The notes: generated by a model from the letters alone, not told the origin. A stretch of 64,000 nucleotides of DNA from Polyangiales bacterium (GCA_964202905.1 CAXNJO010000014.1:1-64000); one strand, 5' to 3'; counted from the first letter of the stretch, positions 18,798 to 30,413 are shown. A program made the numbers and translations.

Positions 18798-19716
18798 CGC
18801 CCTCGGCACGCGGTTGCGCGAGGCCTTCGGCGATGCGGTGCGCGGTGCGCACGACACGCTGCGCCTACGCGCGACGACGGTCGCGCAGGTCGCGCGCCTG
18901 ATGACACTCGCGCGCGAGCATGCGTTTCGGGTCGCCGTCCCCGGCGGCGCGCTCATTCCGGGACCCGGGATCGTCAGCCTCGACCTCGAGGGGCTCGCGC
19001 GGTTCAACGAGGTCGACGTCGCGTCACAGACCGTGCACGTCGAGGCCGGCGCGCTGGTGAGCAGCGTCGAAGCGCACCTGCGCGCGCGCGGACTCACGCT
19101 CGGCACGACCGATCCCCTCGACCCGCGCGAACCCGTGGGCGCCTGGCTCGCCCGCGGCGCACCGGGCGCGCGCGCGCACGCGGACGACCCCGTCGACCAG
19201 CTCGTCTGCGGTCTCGAGATCGTGCTGGCCGACGGCACCCTGCTCGCGATCCGCCCCGCGCCGCGCCGCGCCGTCGGGCCCGACCTCGTGCCCGCGTTCG
19301 TGGGCGGGCGCGCATGTCTCGGCGTGATCGTCGGCGCGCACCTCGTCGCTCGACGCGCCACACCGCGCGCGGAGGTCGCCTATCGCTTCGCCACGCGCGA
19401 CGCCGCGGAGAGCGCCCGCGCCTGGATCCGCGGGCACGGCGTACGCCCCGCGACGACGACCATCTCCCAAGATTCCCACGGCGCCGCCTTGCAGGTCCGA
19501 CTCGAGGGCAGCCACGCGCTCCGCGAAGCCTGCCTCGCGACCGTCGACCGCGTCGCACGCGAGCGCGGCGGCGTGCCCGCTTCGGTGGACGAGGCGCACG
19601 CCCCCGTGCCTTCGGTCGGCGCCGCCCCCTCCGACGTCGTTCGCGCGCTCGCCCGCGCGCTCGATCCCGCAGACGTGCTCGGAACCCGACCGCCCCACGG
19701 AGCGCCCCCCGAATGA
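18787..19716 (+). CDS. FAD-binding oxidoreductase (GlcE-like, degenerate)
   Basis: VEAGA, GLEIVLADG, APRRAVGPDL, LDPADVL. Confidence 0.75.
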   Translation: MHADALGTRLREAFGDAVRGAHDTLRLRATTVAQVARLMTLAREHAFRVAVPGGALIPGPGIVSLDLEGLARFNEVDVASQTVHVEAGALVSSVEAHLRARGLTLGTTDPLDPREPVGAWLARGAPGARAHADDPVDQLVCGLEIVLADGTLLAIRPAPRRAVGPDLVPAFVGGRACLGVIVGAHLVARRATPRAEVAYRFATRDAAESARAWIRGHGVRPATTTISQDSHGAALQVRLEGSHALREACLATVDRVARERGGVPASVDEAHAPVPSVGAAPSDVVRALARALDPADVLGTRPPHGAPPE

Positions 19717-20051
19717 ACTGCCTTTTCTGCAAGATCATCGCCGGCACGGTCCCCGCGCGCGTCGTCGCCGACGAGCCCGATGTGCTCGCCTTTCACGACA
19801 TCCATCCCGCCGCGCCGACCCACGTCCTCGTCATCCCGAAGCGGCACCTCGCCTCGCTCGCAGACGCGACCGTCGACGACACGCTCTTGCTCGGGAGGCT
19901 GCTCACCGTCGCGCGCACCGTCGCCGCCAACCTCGGCCTGCACGACGGCTTCCGAACCGTCATCAACACCGGAGAGCACGGCGGACAAACCGTGCATCAC
20001 GTGCACGTGCACGTTCTCGGCGGGCGGCACCACACCTGGCCACCCGGCTGA
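19713..20051 (+). CDS. Histidine triad (HIT/HinT) nucleotide-binding protein
   Basis: MNCLFCKII, GQTVHHVHVHVLGG, WPPG; ATG overlaps the upstream stop. Confidence 0.95.
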   Translation: MNCLFCKIIAGTVPARVVADEPDVLAFHDIHPAAPTHVLVIPKRHLASLADATVDDTLLLGRLLTVARTVAANLGLHDGFRTVINTGEHGGQTVHHVHVHVLGGRHHTWPPG

Positions 20052-20081
20052 GGCGAGCCCGCGCGCGCGCTGCGGCGGCGC

Positions 20082-21158
20082 TCAAACGTTCGACTGCGCC
20101 TGCCGCTTGAGCACCTCGGCCTGATGGTGCGTGCGGAGCGCCACGACGAGTTCTTCGAGGTCGCCGTTCATCACCGCGTCGAGTTTGTGCAGCGTCAGAC
20201 CGATGCGGTGATCGGTGATGCGATTCTGCGGATAGTTGTACGTACGGATTTTCTCGGCGCGATCGCCGCTGCCGACCATCGCGTTGCGGTCCGCGGAGAC
20301 GGTCGCCGCCTGCGCGTCCTGGGCGCGCTCGAGGAGCCGTGCACGCAGGATCTTCAGGGCTTTCGCCTTGTTCTTCAGCTGCGAGCGCTCGTCCTGACAC
20401 TTCACGATGAGACCGCTCGGCTTGTGCTGGATCTGCACGGCCGAATTCGTGGTGTTCACCCCCTGTCCGCCCGGACCACCCGACGCGGCGATGTTGAACT
20501 CGAGGTCCTTCTCATCGATGAAGACGTCGACGTCGTCGGCCTCGGGCAGCACGGCGACGGTCGCGGTCGACGTGTGAATGCGCCCCTGCGCCTCGGTCGC
20601 GGGTACGCGCTGCACGCGGTGCACGCCGCCCTCGAAGCGCAGCTGCGAGTACACGCGTTCGCCGCTCACGAGGGCGATGAGCTCCTTGATCCCGCCTGCC
20701 TGCGCCTCGCTGGTCGAGAGGATTTCGATGCGCCAACCGCGCTTCTCGGCGTAGCGCCCGTACATGCGGAACAAATCGGCGGCAAAGAGCGCCGCCTCCT
20801 CGCCGCCCGCCCCCGAGCGGACCTCGAGGATCGTGTTGCGCTGATCGCTCGGATCGCTCGGCAACAACAGCACCTCGAGTTCCGCCTCGAGTTCGGCCTT
20901 GCGCTGCTCGAGCTGCGGGATCTCCTCGAGCACCAGCTCGCGCAACTCGGCATCTTCGAGCGCCGCGCGGTCTTCATCGAGCCGACGCGCGGTGTCGGTG
21001 TATTCGCCGAACGCACGCACGAGAGCCGCGAGTTCCCCGCGCTCGCGGCTGAGTAGCGTGTAGCGCTTGGAATCGGCGAGCACGTCGGGCTGGCAGAGCA
21101 GCTCTTCGAGCTCCCGGAATCGACCGCTCAGCGCGGCGAGCCTGGCGAGGGGCAGCAT
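20082..21158 (-). CDS. prfA: Peptide chain release factor 1
   Basis: HRVQRVPATE (PxT), GPGGQ, RTYNYPQNRITDHRI. Confidence 0.97.
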   Translation of the reverse strand: MLPLARLAALSGRFRELEELLCQPDVLADSKRYTLLSRERGELAALVRAFGEYTDTARRLDEDRAALEDAELRELVLEEIPQLEQRKAELEAELEVLLLPSDPSDQRNTILEVRSGAGGEEAALFAADLFRMYGRYAEKRGWRIEILSTSEAQAGGIKELIALVSGERVYSQLRFEGGVHRVQRVPATEAQGRIHTSTATVAVLPEADDVDVFIDEKDLEFNIAASGGPGGQGVNTTNSAVQIQHKPSGLIVKCQDERSQLKNKAKALKILRARLLERAQDAQAATVSADRNAMVGSGDRAEKIRTYNYPQNRITDHRIGLTLHKLDAVMNGDLEELVVALRTHHQAEVLKRQAQSNV

Positions 21159-21167
21159 CGTGGTGAC

Positions 21168-22202
21168 TCAGGCCGCGGAGGTGACATCCGGCCCGCGGAG
21201 CGACGAGCGCACGGCCTCACCGAACGCAGAAAAACTCGAGAAAATGAGGGGTTTCTCGTCTGCGGGCACGAGCGGCCCGACCTTCTCACGCCAGATCGCG
21301 GACTCCATCGCTGCGATCGCGATCTCGATCTGCGCGTCATCAGGCTCGCGAGTCGTGATCTTCTGGAAGAGAAAGCCCGGCCACAGCAGCGCGCGCAGCG
21401 GCCCGGTCGTGCAGTAACGCGCGGTGAATCGCTGCAGCTCGAAGGAGATCCCCGCGATGAACGGCAACATCGCGATGCGGAGCGCGAGCGTCTGGATCTG
21501 CCCGACGAGCCCCTGCGCGCCCGGCAGCACGAGCGGCGTGACCGCAGCACCCACGAGGATCGACACCGCGACCACGACCACGAGGAACGTCGTCCCGCAG
21601 CGCGGATGCAACGTCGTCTGCGCGCGCACGTTCTCGACGGTGAGCGGCAGGGCCTTCTCGTAGGCCGAGATCGTCTTGTGCTCGGCGCCGTGATACTGGA
21701 AAACGCGCCGCATATCGGGGAGCCGCGAGATCAGCAGCAGGTAGCCGAGCAGCACCAGCAACTGGAAGCCGCCCGTCAGAAGGTGGAAGCGCGGGTCCTG
21801 CACGCCACCGATTCCAAGGAAGCGGCTCGCCGCCCAACCGAGGCCCTGCGGCGCGCCCTTGAAGAGCAACAACGCGAAGAGGATCGACACCAGCCCGACC
21901 CAGCGCCCGCCGCCCTCAGCCTCTTCCGGGAGCGGATTCCCCTTGGCGTCGACGAGCTGCTGCGTGACTGAGAACTGCAGCGCCCGCATGCCGACGGAGA
22001 GCGACTCCACGAGCGTCGCGCCCCCGCGCAACAGCGGAAGTTTCCAGAGGCGGGAAGCCGCGAGCTTCGAGCGCATCGGGCCTTCTTGGACGGCGATCCC
22101 GCCATCAGGACGGCGCACCGCGATCGATAGGCAGCCTGGCGCGCGCATCATCACACCCTCGATGACGGCCTGCCCACCGATGTAAGGCTTGTTATCGCTC
22201 AT
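21168..22202 (-). CDS. DUF1385 family membrane protein
   Basis: IGGQAVIEGVMMR, FQYHGAEHK, HPRCGT, LFQKITTREP; typical neighbour of rpmE and prfA. Confidence 0.92.
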   Translation of the reverse strand: MSDNKPYIGGQAVIEGVMMRAPGCLSIAVRRPDGGIAVQEGPMRSKLAASRLWKLPLLRGGATLVESLSVGMRALQFSVTQQLVDAKGNPLPEEAEGGGRWVGLVSILFALLLFKGAPQGLGWAASRFLGIGGVQDPRFHLLTGGFQLLVLLGYLLLISRLPDMRRVFQYHGAEHKTISAYEKALPLTVENVRAQTTLHPRCGTTFLVVVVAVSILVGAAVTPLVLPGAQGLVGQIQTLALRIAMLPFIAGISFELQRFTARYCTTGPLRALLWPGFLFQKITTREPDDAQIEIAIAAMESAIWREKVGPLVPADEKPLIFSSFSAFGEAVRSSLRGPDVTSAA

Positions 22203-22427
22203 GGCGGCAGACTCTAGGGCGCGGCAGCCGTGGCGTCACGTGTCCGGGTGGATCGTGTCCTGAACGCACGCCCCCACACGCACAGAAAGCCACCGTTCAC
22301 CGGACGCGACTCGGGCCGACCATGCGGGCTGCGCGTCACGACGCACGTTGCCGACAGGCCGGCCCGACCCTGCAAAAGGACCTCGCACGCCTCCACCCCG
22401 CGGAACGCGTCCGAGGAGTCGATGCGC

Positions 22428-22634
22428 TCACGCCTCTTTGGTCGCGTACTTCTTGCGGAAGCGCTCGACGCGGCCCGCGGTGTCCATGAGCTTCTGCTTG
22501 CCCGTGTAGAACGGGTGGCACTGGCTGCAGATGTCGACGGAGAACGAGCCGGAGGTGGAGCGGAGCTGGGCGACCGAGCCGCACGCGCAGTTGATGGTCG
22601 CGGCGCTGTACTTCGGGTGGATGTCGGACTTCAT
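22428..22634 (-). CDS. rpmE: 50S ribosomal protein L31 (Zn-binding type)
   Basis: [26 protein letters not shown]. Confidence 0.97.
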   Translation of the reverse strand: MKSDIHPKYSAATINCACGSVAQLRSTSGSFSVDICSQCHPFYTGKQKLMDTAGRVERFRKKYATKEA

Positions 22635-22890
22635 GGGTCTTCCTCTCGCTCCGCGGATAGGAGCCGGCCGGGTTTAGTGCAAGAGCGCCATCCTCGCAAG
22701 TCCCGGCCGATGGACAGCAGCGATGCGAATCGCGTGATCCGCAGGTCGGCCTGCGACATGGGTCGCCCGCGGGGCGTCATGCCGGAAACTTGCCCGCGCA
22801 TGCCGCGACGGACTATCCGTGGGCGCGGTCGTGCGATCGCCGCGTTCCACGGCGCATCGGCGCATACCCGCGGGAAGGATTCGGAGCCCC

Positions 22891-23169
22891 ATGGCGCAGA
22901 AGCAAATTCAACTCGTGGCGCGCGGGCGCGTCCAGGGCGTCTACTACCGCGCCTCCGCACAGCGAGAAGCCAAGCGCCTCGGCCTCACGGGCTGGGTGAA
23001 GAACCGCACGGACGGGGCGGTGGAGATGGTCGTGGAAGGGGAGGAAGACCAGGTGAAGGACTTCCTCGCCTGGGCGCAGCACGGACCGGCGACCGCGCGC
23101 GTGGAGAAGGTGGAGACCCGATGGCGCAGCTACACCGGCGAGTTCGCAGACTTCCGCATCCTCGGGTGA
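22891..23169 (+). CDS. acyP: Acylphosphatase
   Basis: GRVQGVYYR, GWVKN..DGAVE, GP..ARV. Confidence 0.95.
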   Translation: MAQKQIQLVARGRVQGVYYRASAQREAKRLGLTGWVKNRTDGAVEMVVEGEEDQVKDFLAWAQHGPATARVEKVETRWRSYTGEFADFRILG

Positions 23170-24683
23170 TGCGCGCGGCGCGCGGCGCGGCGTGGCTGGC
23201 AGCGGCCTCGCTCATCGTCATTGGGCGATGGCTCACGCCAACGAGCGCGGGCGCCCAAGCGACGCCCGCCCCCTTGCTCATTGTCGATCTCGACGCCGTC
23301 CGAGCGCGACTCGGAAGCGACGATCCGCATCAACGCGAGGGCGCGCACAACGCCCTGCTCGAACTCGACGAGCAGGCGCTCGACGCAGTCGCCGCGCGCG
23401 TGGTCGCGCTCGCTTCGCGCCGGCCGACCGCGGACGAACTCACCGTCGCGCTCGCCGACATCCGCCGCGCGACGGGCAGCCGCCGGGCGGACGACCGCGT
23501 CGATATCGAGTCCGGCGTGCTGCCTGCGCTCGCGGTGCGACGCGACGCGGCGATGATCAGCGCATGCGAGAGCGTCCTGCTCTGGCGCGCGCTCGAGCGC
23601 ATCGGGTCCACACGCGCGTATCGACTCATCGCGGACGTCGTCGCGCTGGACGGGAGTCCCTGGGAGCAAGAAACACAGCGACTCCTCGAGCGCGCCGGAC
23701 CACGCCTCGGCCCGATGCTCATCGCCGTGCGGAACCACCCGAACGCGACCGTCAGGCGCTGGTCGCGCCAGGGGACGGCATCACTGGGGTTCGACCAGCC
23801 GGGCCGCGCCGTCCAGCAACGCGCGGTCGCGGAGGACGCGACGCTCCTCTCAGACACCCTGCGCTCCTGGGGCGCCGTGCACCAGCTCGACGCCATGCGT
23901 GTGATCGCCTCGTATGTCGGCAGCGAGCACGGCGAAGTGCGCGACGCGGCGCGCTCAGCACTCGCCAGCTACGGGCGCAACGCGATCTGGATAGTGCGCG
24001 AGCAACTCGCGCTCGTGAGCGGCACCGAGGTCGACCCGCACTGGGGCTCGGAGCGCGCGCTTCAGGCGTTGCTCGACGCGCACGACGAGGCGCGCCTTGC
24101 GCCTGTCCGAGCCGAGCTCGCAAGCGGTCTGGCAGCGTTGACGCACGGCAACCTCGACGCGATGGGTGCGCACTTCGGTCGCGTCCTGCTCCGCGCGCCA
24201 GAGCTCGCGCACCGTGACCAGATGGCCATCGGCTACGCTCGCCTCGGCGCCGCGCGACGCGAAGCGCATGACCTCGCGGGCGCGGAGCGTGCTTACCGCC
24301 GCGCGCTGCTGCTAGGCGGGTCATCGCCCGAAGCGGTGCCGTGGCGAGACGCGCTACGTGGCGTTCAGGCGGACAGCGAACTCGCGCGTGGAGTCGCCGA
24401 CGTCCACTTGTATCGGCAGATCGCCGCTCGCTATCCCGAAGACCGCTTCGCCAGCGAAGTGCTCTCTCGCCTGAGCGGCGAGCGCGCGGCAGAAGAGCGA
24501 CATCGCAAGCGCGTTGCTGCGGCCTGGGCCGCCCTGTCCATGTTCCTCGCCGCGGTTGCGCTCCTCGTTGGACGCCGACGCCCCGCTGCGCGAGCCACGC
24601 CGCATACCTCCGCCCCGACGGAAGACGCTGCGTCCGCGCGCTTCGACGACACATCGCCCGGCTCGCTCGACGCGGCGGCGTGA
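23169..24683 (+). CDS. Hypothetical exported helical-repeat (HEAT/TPR-like) protein with C-terminal TM
   Basis: Signal peptide (..SAGAQ), AERAYRRALLL TPR-like segment, TM near the C-terminus; coupled to acyP. Confidence 0.65.
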   Translation: MRAARGAAWLAAASLIVIGRWLTPTSAGAQATPAPLLIVDLDAVRARLGSDDPHQREGAHNALLELDEQALDAVAARVVALASRRPTADELTVALADIRRATGSRRADDRVDIESGVLPALAVRRDAAMISACESVLLWRALERIGSTRAYRLIADVVALDGSPWEQETQRLLERAGPRLGPMLIAVRNHPNATVRRWSRQGTASLGFDQPGRAVQQRAVAEDATLLSDTLRSWGAVHQLDAMRVIASYVGSEHGEVRDAARSALASYGRNAIWIVREQLALVSGTEVDPHWGSERALQALLDAHDEARLAPVRAELASGLAALTHGNLDAMGAHFGRVLLRAPELAHRDQMAIGYARLGAARREAHDLAGAERAYRRALLLGGSSPEAVPWRDALRGVQADSELARGVADVHLYRQIAARYPEDRFASEVLSRLSGERAAEERHRKRVAAAWAALSMFLAAVALLVGRRRPAARATPHTSAPTEDAASARFDDTSPGSLDAAA

Positions 24684-24689
24684 ACAAAC

Positions 24690-25505
24690 GCGACCGGGAC
24701 GCCGTGCCTCGTCGGATGGGCGACCACTTCGGCCTGCAGTTCGAGCCAGTGCCCCCCGGCCGCCTTCATCGCCACGCGCGGTCGACAGCCGCAGCGCCCG
24801 CGGCGCACACGACGAGTACAGTGTCATTGCGGCATCGCTGATCGGTCCATGCGCGCGCGACGTCGTGCGCACGGCCCAGACGCGTCTGCGCATCGTGAGG
24901 GACGTCAGCGGGCAACCGAAGGTCGGATTCGTCTGGACCTTCGGCGCGACCGGCTTCGCTGTTGGCCTCGGTATCGCATATCTCTGTTGCCGACAATCGC
25001 GCCGATGCGACGCCGAAGGCGCTTCTCGAAGCCCCCCCAAGGCATGTCGCTCGTCGATGGCGACTGCGGCGACGACGAGGAGGTCTCGAGTCGGCGCTGC
25101 GCCGCCTGCCGCGCACACGTGCGACGCGATTCTGCGACGCGATCAAAACCGCACTCATCGCGCAGGACGCGCTCGACCTGATCAGCGTCCTCTGCCACGT
25201 CGAGCACGAGGCCGCGGCGCGCAAACTCGGTGGCCCGATCAGAATGGCGCTTCAGACACGGCGCGCCGGACTGATCCGCGAGCGCTTCAAGCACCGGCGC
25301 GATGCACAGCGCGCGCAGCAGAGACCGACGAGCGCCAACCGGCGCCTCGAGCCGCCACACGCTCGGCCACTGGGAAAGACCGGCGTCTGCCTCGACGAAG
25401 CCCGCGCCCCACTCGCCAACGACGCTTCCGCGCGCGCGCTGCGCAGGACCGCCCCCGGCCGCAAGCACCACCCCTTCGTCGGTGCCCCGGCGGCCGGAAA
25501 GAGTC
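24690..25505 (+). pseudogene. Decayed IS66 transposase (TnpC) fragment
   Basis: Frame-broken TnpC-like pieces: GQPKVGFVWTF, AHVRR..DAIKTA..QDALDLI, DEARAPLANDASARALR; about 350 bp resemble 26197-26560. Confidence 0.7.
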
Positions 25506-25556
25506 GTAACCGTCCGGCCAAGGCCGTCGTGACGTCGTCGCGGCTGTTGGCGATCG

Positions 25557-25900
25557 TGCGCGTCGGAGGTCCGACGGCGCATGGAAAACGGTCGGAAGTC
25601 GAGGCTCGGAGCGTTCTTGAGGCGTGGCGGCGAAGCGGGCTCACGCTCCAGCGGTTCGCGAAGCAGCGAGGGTTCGTACCGCAGCGGCTGCGGTGGTGGC
25701 AGGCGAAGTTCGCGCGGCCCGAGAAGAGCACGGCGCTCGCGCCGCTTCCGACGCTGTTGCCAATTCGCGTGATTACGGAGCCGCAGCGGCGCGGTGAGCC
25801 GGTGACGGTGCTGCTGCGCACCGGGCACGTGCTCCAGGTCGCGCACGGCTTCGACGAGCAGGCGTTTGCACGGGTCGTCGCGCTGCTCGAGGGTGGATGA
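25557..25900 (+). CDS. tnpA: IS66 accessory protein TnpA
   Basis: WRRSGLTLQRFAKQRG...LRWW; overlaps tnpB; start uncertain. Confidence 0.75.
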
Positions 25901-26259
25901 TGCTCGGGCTGCCACCGAGCGTGCGCATCTACTTCGCGACCGGGCTCGCGGGCATGCGCAAAGGCATCGACGAGCTGCGCGCCATCGTCGAGGGCACGCT
26001 GCGCCACGATCCCTACGCGGGGCACCTCTTCGTCTTCGTCGGCAAGGCGCGCGACAAGGTGAAGATCCTCTTCTGGGACCGCTCGGGCTTCGTGCTCTAT
26101 CTGAAGCGCTTGGAAAAGGGGCGCTTTCAGCTCCCGACCGTCGACCGTCGCCGCATGCACGTCGAGATGGAGCCCGCGCAGCTCGCGATGCTGCTCGATC
26201 AAGACCGCGCCCGTCGCGCAGGAGGCGCTCGACGTGATTACCGCGCTCTACCGCGCTGA
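25897..26259 (+). CDS. tnpB: IS66 accessory protein TnpB (C-terminus fused at the deletion junction)
   Basis: MRKGIDEL, HLFVF..KILFWDRSGFVLYLKRLEKGRF, QLAMLLD. Confidence 0.9.
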   Translation: MMLGLPPSVRIYFATGLAGMRKGIDELRAIVEGTLRHDPYAGHLFVFVGKARDKVKILFWDRSGFVLYLKRLEKGRFQLPTVDRRRMHVEMEPAQLAMLLDQDRARRAGGARRDYRALPR

Positions 26260-26720
26260 GCACGAGGCCGCGGCACGCAAACTTGGTGACGCCGCCAAAT
26301 TGGAGTTTCGGAAACACCGCGCAGGACCGATCCACGGACGCTTCAAGCAGTGGCTCGACGCGCAGCACGCAAAGCAACCGCCGAAGAGCCCGATCGGCGC
26401 CGCCATACGCTACACGCTCGGCCAGTGGGACGAGCTCGGCGTCTTCCTCGACGACGCCCGCGTGCCGCTCGACAACAACGCCTCCGAGCGCGCGCTGCGC
26501 AGGGTCGCGCTCGTCCGTAAGAACCATCTCTTCGTCGGCGACGCCGCCGCCGGCCAGAACCTCGCCGGACTCTACTCGCTCGTCGCCACCTGAGAATCAT
26601 GCGGCATCAAACCCTTAGACTACCTCGCTGACGTCCTCGCCCGCGTGCAGGTCCACCCCGCGAACGCCATCGACGATCTGTTCCCCGCCGCCTGGGCCGC
26701 TGCGAACGGAACGTCGATCC
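26200..26720 (+). pseudogene. IS66 TnpC C-terminal remnant with internal stop
   Basis: PPKSPIGAAIRY, LDNNASERALR, RKNHLFVG, YSLVAT* then PLDYLADVL..DDLFP. Confidence 0.85.
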
Positions 26721-26918
26721 GCGCGCGTGTCACGACGGTGGTCGCCGAACGGTTACAACGACCCCGCGCCTCGAACCGAAAGGCGGCGAGCGTCGGCGCC
26801 GTGATGCATCAAGGTGTCGTTGACGGGTCACGCCACGAGCTGCACGCCGAACCGCGCAATTGTCACGACGATGAACGCAGGGCCGCGACGTCGCGAGCCT
26901 GTCCCAGCGAGCGAAAGC

Positions 26919-26948
26919 AAAACGCGCCTCCTGGGGGCCAGGGGCGCG
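26919..26948 (-). terminator. Rho-independent terminator after rplQ
   Basis: GC-rich hairpin CGCGCCCCTGG/CCAGGAGGCGCG followed by TTTT on the minus strand. Confidence 0.6.
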
Positions 26949-26984
26949 CAGCCAGCACGTGAGTTGGTCTGACGGGCCGAGCCG

Positions 26985-27473
26985 TCAGACGCCTTCAGGC
27001 AGGAACTCAATCATGGCCATCTCGGCATTGTCGCCGCGACGCGGGCCAACTTTGAGCATACGAGTGTAGCCGCCGCCCTTCCCATTGGCCGCCTTCACGC
27101 GCGCCGCGAAACGAGGCGCTAGCTCGTCAAACAGCTTCTTCACCAGATCGACCTCTTCGGTCGTTCCGTCGGCGAGCGTGCGCGTCCCCTTGTGCGGAAG
27201 GAACGCAGCAACCTGCCGGCGGGCTGCAAGTCGAGCCCCCACCACGCGCTGCCGCTCCGAGTCGCTCAGCTTCCCCTCGTCGACCGTCAAATCATCCCCC
27301 AGCCGAACCGCCCGGGTGAGTAGTCGCTCAGCGATACGCCGGAGCTCCTTCGCCTTCGCGTCGGTGGTCTCGATTCGCTCGTACATGACGAGATTCGCCG
27401 CGAGATTACGGAACATCGCACGGCGATGACTCGTATTGCGGCCGAACTTCCTTCCCGCTTTCTTGTGACGCAT
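26985..27473 (-). CDS. rplQ: 50S ribosomal protein L17
   Basis: [31 protein letters not shown]. Confidence 0.97.
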   Translation of the reverse strand: MRHKKAGRKFGRNTSHRRAMFRNLAANLVMYERIETTDAKAKELRRIAERLLTRAVRLGDDLTVDEGKLSDSERQRVVGARLAARRQVAAFLPHKGTRTLADGTTEEVDLVKKLFDELAPRFAARVKAANGKGGGYTRMLKVGPRRGDNAEMAMIEFLPEGV

Positions 27474-27518
27474 GGTGCTTACCCGTCCGAATCCGCGCGA
27501 GGCGGCCTGCTGTGGAGA

Positions 27519-28544
<1,026 letters not shown>

Positions 28545-28660
28545 TCGATGTAGTCCTTGGCGGTAGTATGACCGCTGTGGAAGCGTCTAAAAACGGAGAC
28601 TTCGCGAGCGATGGGACCGGCGCCCTGAATCGCGACGCGGACGAACGAGGACCACCCCGC

Positions 28661-29287
28661 TCAGCGCGAGTAAAACTCGACGATCAGCTGCTCCTGGATG
28701 GGGAGCGTGATTTCCTCCCGGTTCGGCGCAGTCTTCACCGTCGCGGCGAAACCGCCCTTGTCCAGGTCGAGCCACTGCGGGACTCCGCGTCGCTCAACAC
28801 CCTCAAGCGCAGTGGTGACGCGCTTGTGAGCACGGCTGCCTTCAGCGACAGTGATCTTGTCGCCGGGCTTGACGCTGTACGACGGCACGTTCACGACCCG
28901 GCCGTTCACAAGCACATGCTTGTGCCGGACGAGTTGACGCGCTTCGCTCCTCGTGGCCGCGAACCCGATCCGATAACACGCCGAGTCCAAGCGACGCTCC
29001 AGGAGTCCGAGGAGTTGCTCGCCGGTGACTCCCTTGACTCGGTCGGCTTCCGCGAAGTATTTCCGGAACTGCCGCTCCAGCACGCCATAGATTCGACGCA
29101 CCTTCTGCTTTTCACGGAGGCGAACGCCGTATTCCGTGAACTTGATACGGCGCTGGCCGTGCTGACCCGGGGGATAGGGCCGACGATCGAAGCTGCACTT
29201 GTCGGTGTAGCAGCGATCGCCCTTGAGGAAGAGCTTAACGTTTTCCCGCCGGCAGAGCTTACAGACCGGCCCAATGTAACGCGCCAT
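28661..29287 (-). CDS. rpsD: 30S ribosomal protein S4
   Basis: [30 protein letters not shown]. Confidence 0.98.
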   Translation of the reverse strand: MARYIGPVCKLCRRENVKLFLKGDRCYTDKCSFDRRPYPPGQHGQRRIKFTEYGVRLREKQKVRRIYGVLERQFRKYFAEADRVKGVTGEQLLGLLERRLDSACYRIGFAATRSEARQLVRHKHVLVNGRVVNVPSYSVKPGDKITVAEGSRAHKRVTTALEGVERRGVPQWLDLDKGGFAATVKTAPNREEITLPIQEQLIVEFYSR

Positions 29288-29380
29288 CTCGAGTTCTCCG
29301 AAATCGTTGCTGCTGACTGGTGGTTGGCTGGGCGGCAGCTCCCCAGTCATTCCCGAGCGAAAATCCGTAAATCGAGCGCG

Positions 29381-29785
29381 TCAGACCCGGCGACGTTTCG
29401 GGGGCCGGCAACCGTTGTGCGGGATTGGGGTCACGTCGCGCACGAGAGTTACTTTGAGCCCGGCAATCTGAAACGCACGAAGCGCACTCTCCCGACCCGC
29501 CCCCGGTCCCTTCACGAAGATGGCAACGCTGCGCATCCCGTGCTCCTGCGCCTTCCGCGCTGCGTCCTCTGCGGCGAGCTGCGCGGCGAAAGGTGTGCTC
29601 TTCCGAGAGCCTTTGAAACCTTTCGAACCGGCGCTCGACCAAGACACCACGTTCCCACTCAGGTCAGTGATTGTCACGATGGTGTTGTTGAAGGTCGACT
29701 GCACGTGCGCGATGCCCGTGCCGACATTCTTCTTTACCTTCTTCTTCGTCTTCGCGCCGGCCTTCGCCGCTGCTGCCTTCGCCAT
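29381..29785 (-). CDS. rpsK: 30S ribosomal protein S11
   Basis: [31 protein letters not shown]. Confidence 0.98.
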   Translation of the reverse strand: MAKAAAAKAGAKTKKKVKKNVGTGIAHVQSTFNNTIVTITDLSGNVVSWSSAGSKGFKGSRKSTPFAAQLAAEDAARKAQEHGMRSVAIFVKGPGAGRESALRAFQIAGLKVTLVRDVTPIPHNGCRPPKRRRV

Positions 29786-29834
29786 GGAGCTCTCCTGATT
29801 CCTGTCTACGGGCCGCGTCTAGCTGACTGGGACG

Positions 29835-30221
29835 CTACTTCTTCGTGACCCCGCCACCGCCACCCGCACTCACGCCCCGCCGAGGCCCCTTGCGGGTCCG
29901 TGCGTTCGTGTGCGTCCGTTGCCCACGAACGGGAAGCCCCCGGCGGTGGCGGAGGCCTCGGTAACACCCAAGGTCCATCAGACGCTTGATATGCATCTGA
30001 ATCTCACGCCGAAGGTCGCCCTCGACCTTGTACGTCGACTCGAGGAGCTCGCGGATCTTCTTGACGTCGTTGTCGTCGAGGTCCTCGGCACGCTTGTTTT
30101 CCGGGATAGAAGCCCCCGCACAGATTTCCTGCGCGCGAGTAAGCCCCACTCCGTAGATGTATTGAAGCGCGATGACGATGTGCTTGCGACCCGGGAGGTC
30201 GACGCCGGCGATACGTGCCAT
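29835..30221 (-). CDS. rpsM: 30S ribosomal protein S13
   Basis: [28 protein letters not shown]. Confidence 0.98.
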   Translation of the reverse strand: MARIAGVDLPGRKHIVIALQYIYGVGLTRAQEICAGASIPENKRAEDLDDNDVKKIRELLESTYKVEGDLRREIQMHIKRLMDLGCYRGLRHRRGLPVRGQRTHTNARTRKGPRRGVSAGGGGGVTKK

Positions 30222-30236
30222 GACGAATACCTCCCC

Positions 30237-30350
30237 TCAGCCCTGACGCTGCTTGTGGCGCGGGTTGGTGCAAATGACACGCACGACGCCACGGCGCCGG
30301 ATCACTTTGCACTTGTCACAGACAGTCTTGACACTCGGACGAACCTTCAT
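30237..30350 (-). CDS. rpmJ: 50S ribosomal protein L36 (not in the ORF track)
   Basis: Translates to [37 protein letters not shown]. Confidence 0.97.
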   Translation of the reverse strand: MKVRPSVKTVCDKCKVIRRRGVVRVICTNPRHKQRQG

Positions 30351-30413
30351 GGCCGACTCCTGAAATGCTCCCGGCGGGCCCCTGCCGCCGGCGAATGAAC
30401 GATGCCGCCCGCC

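Larger units (their letters stand above)
25506..26756 (+). mobile_element. Internally deleted IS66-family element (1251 bp)
   Basis: Terminal IRs GTAACCGTCCGGCCAAGGCCGTCGTGAC / GTCACGACGGTGGTCGCCGAACGGTTAC (23/28 match) enclose tnpA, tnpB and a 3' tnpC remnant. Confidence 0.9.

Noticed and set aside
25897..26259. RNA-guided TnpB nuclease
   Set aside because: This is the small IS66 accessory TnpB, unrelated to IS200/IS605 TnpB; it has no RuvC motifs.
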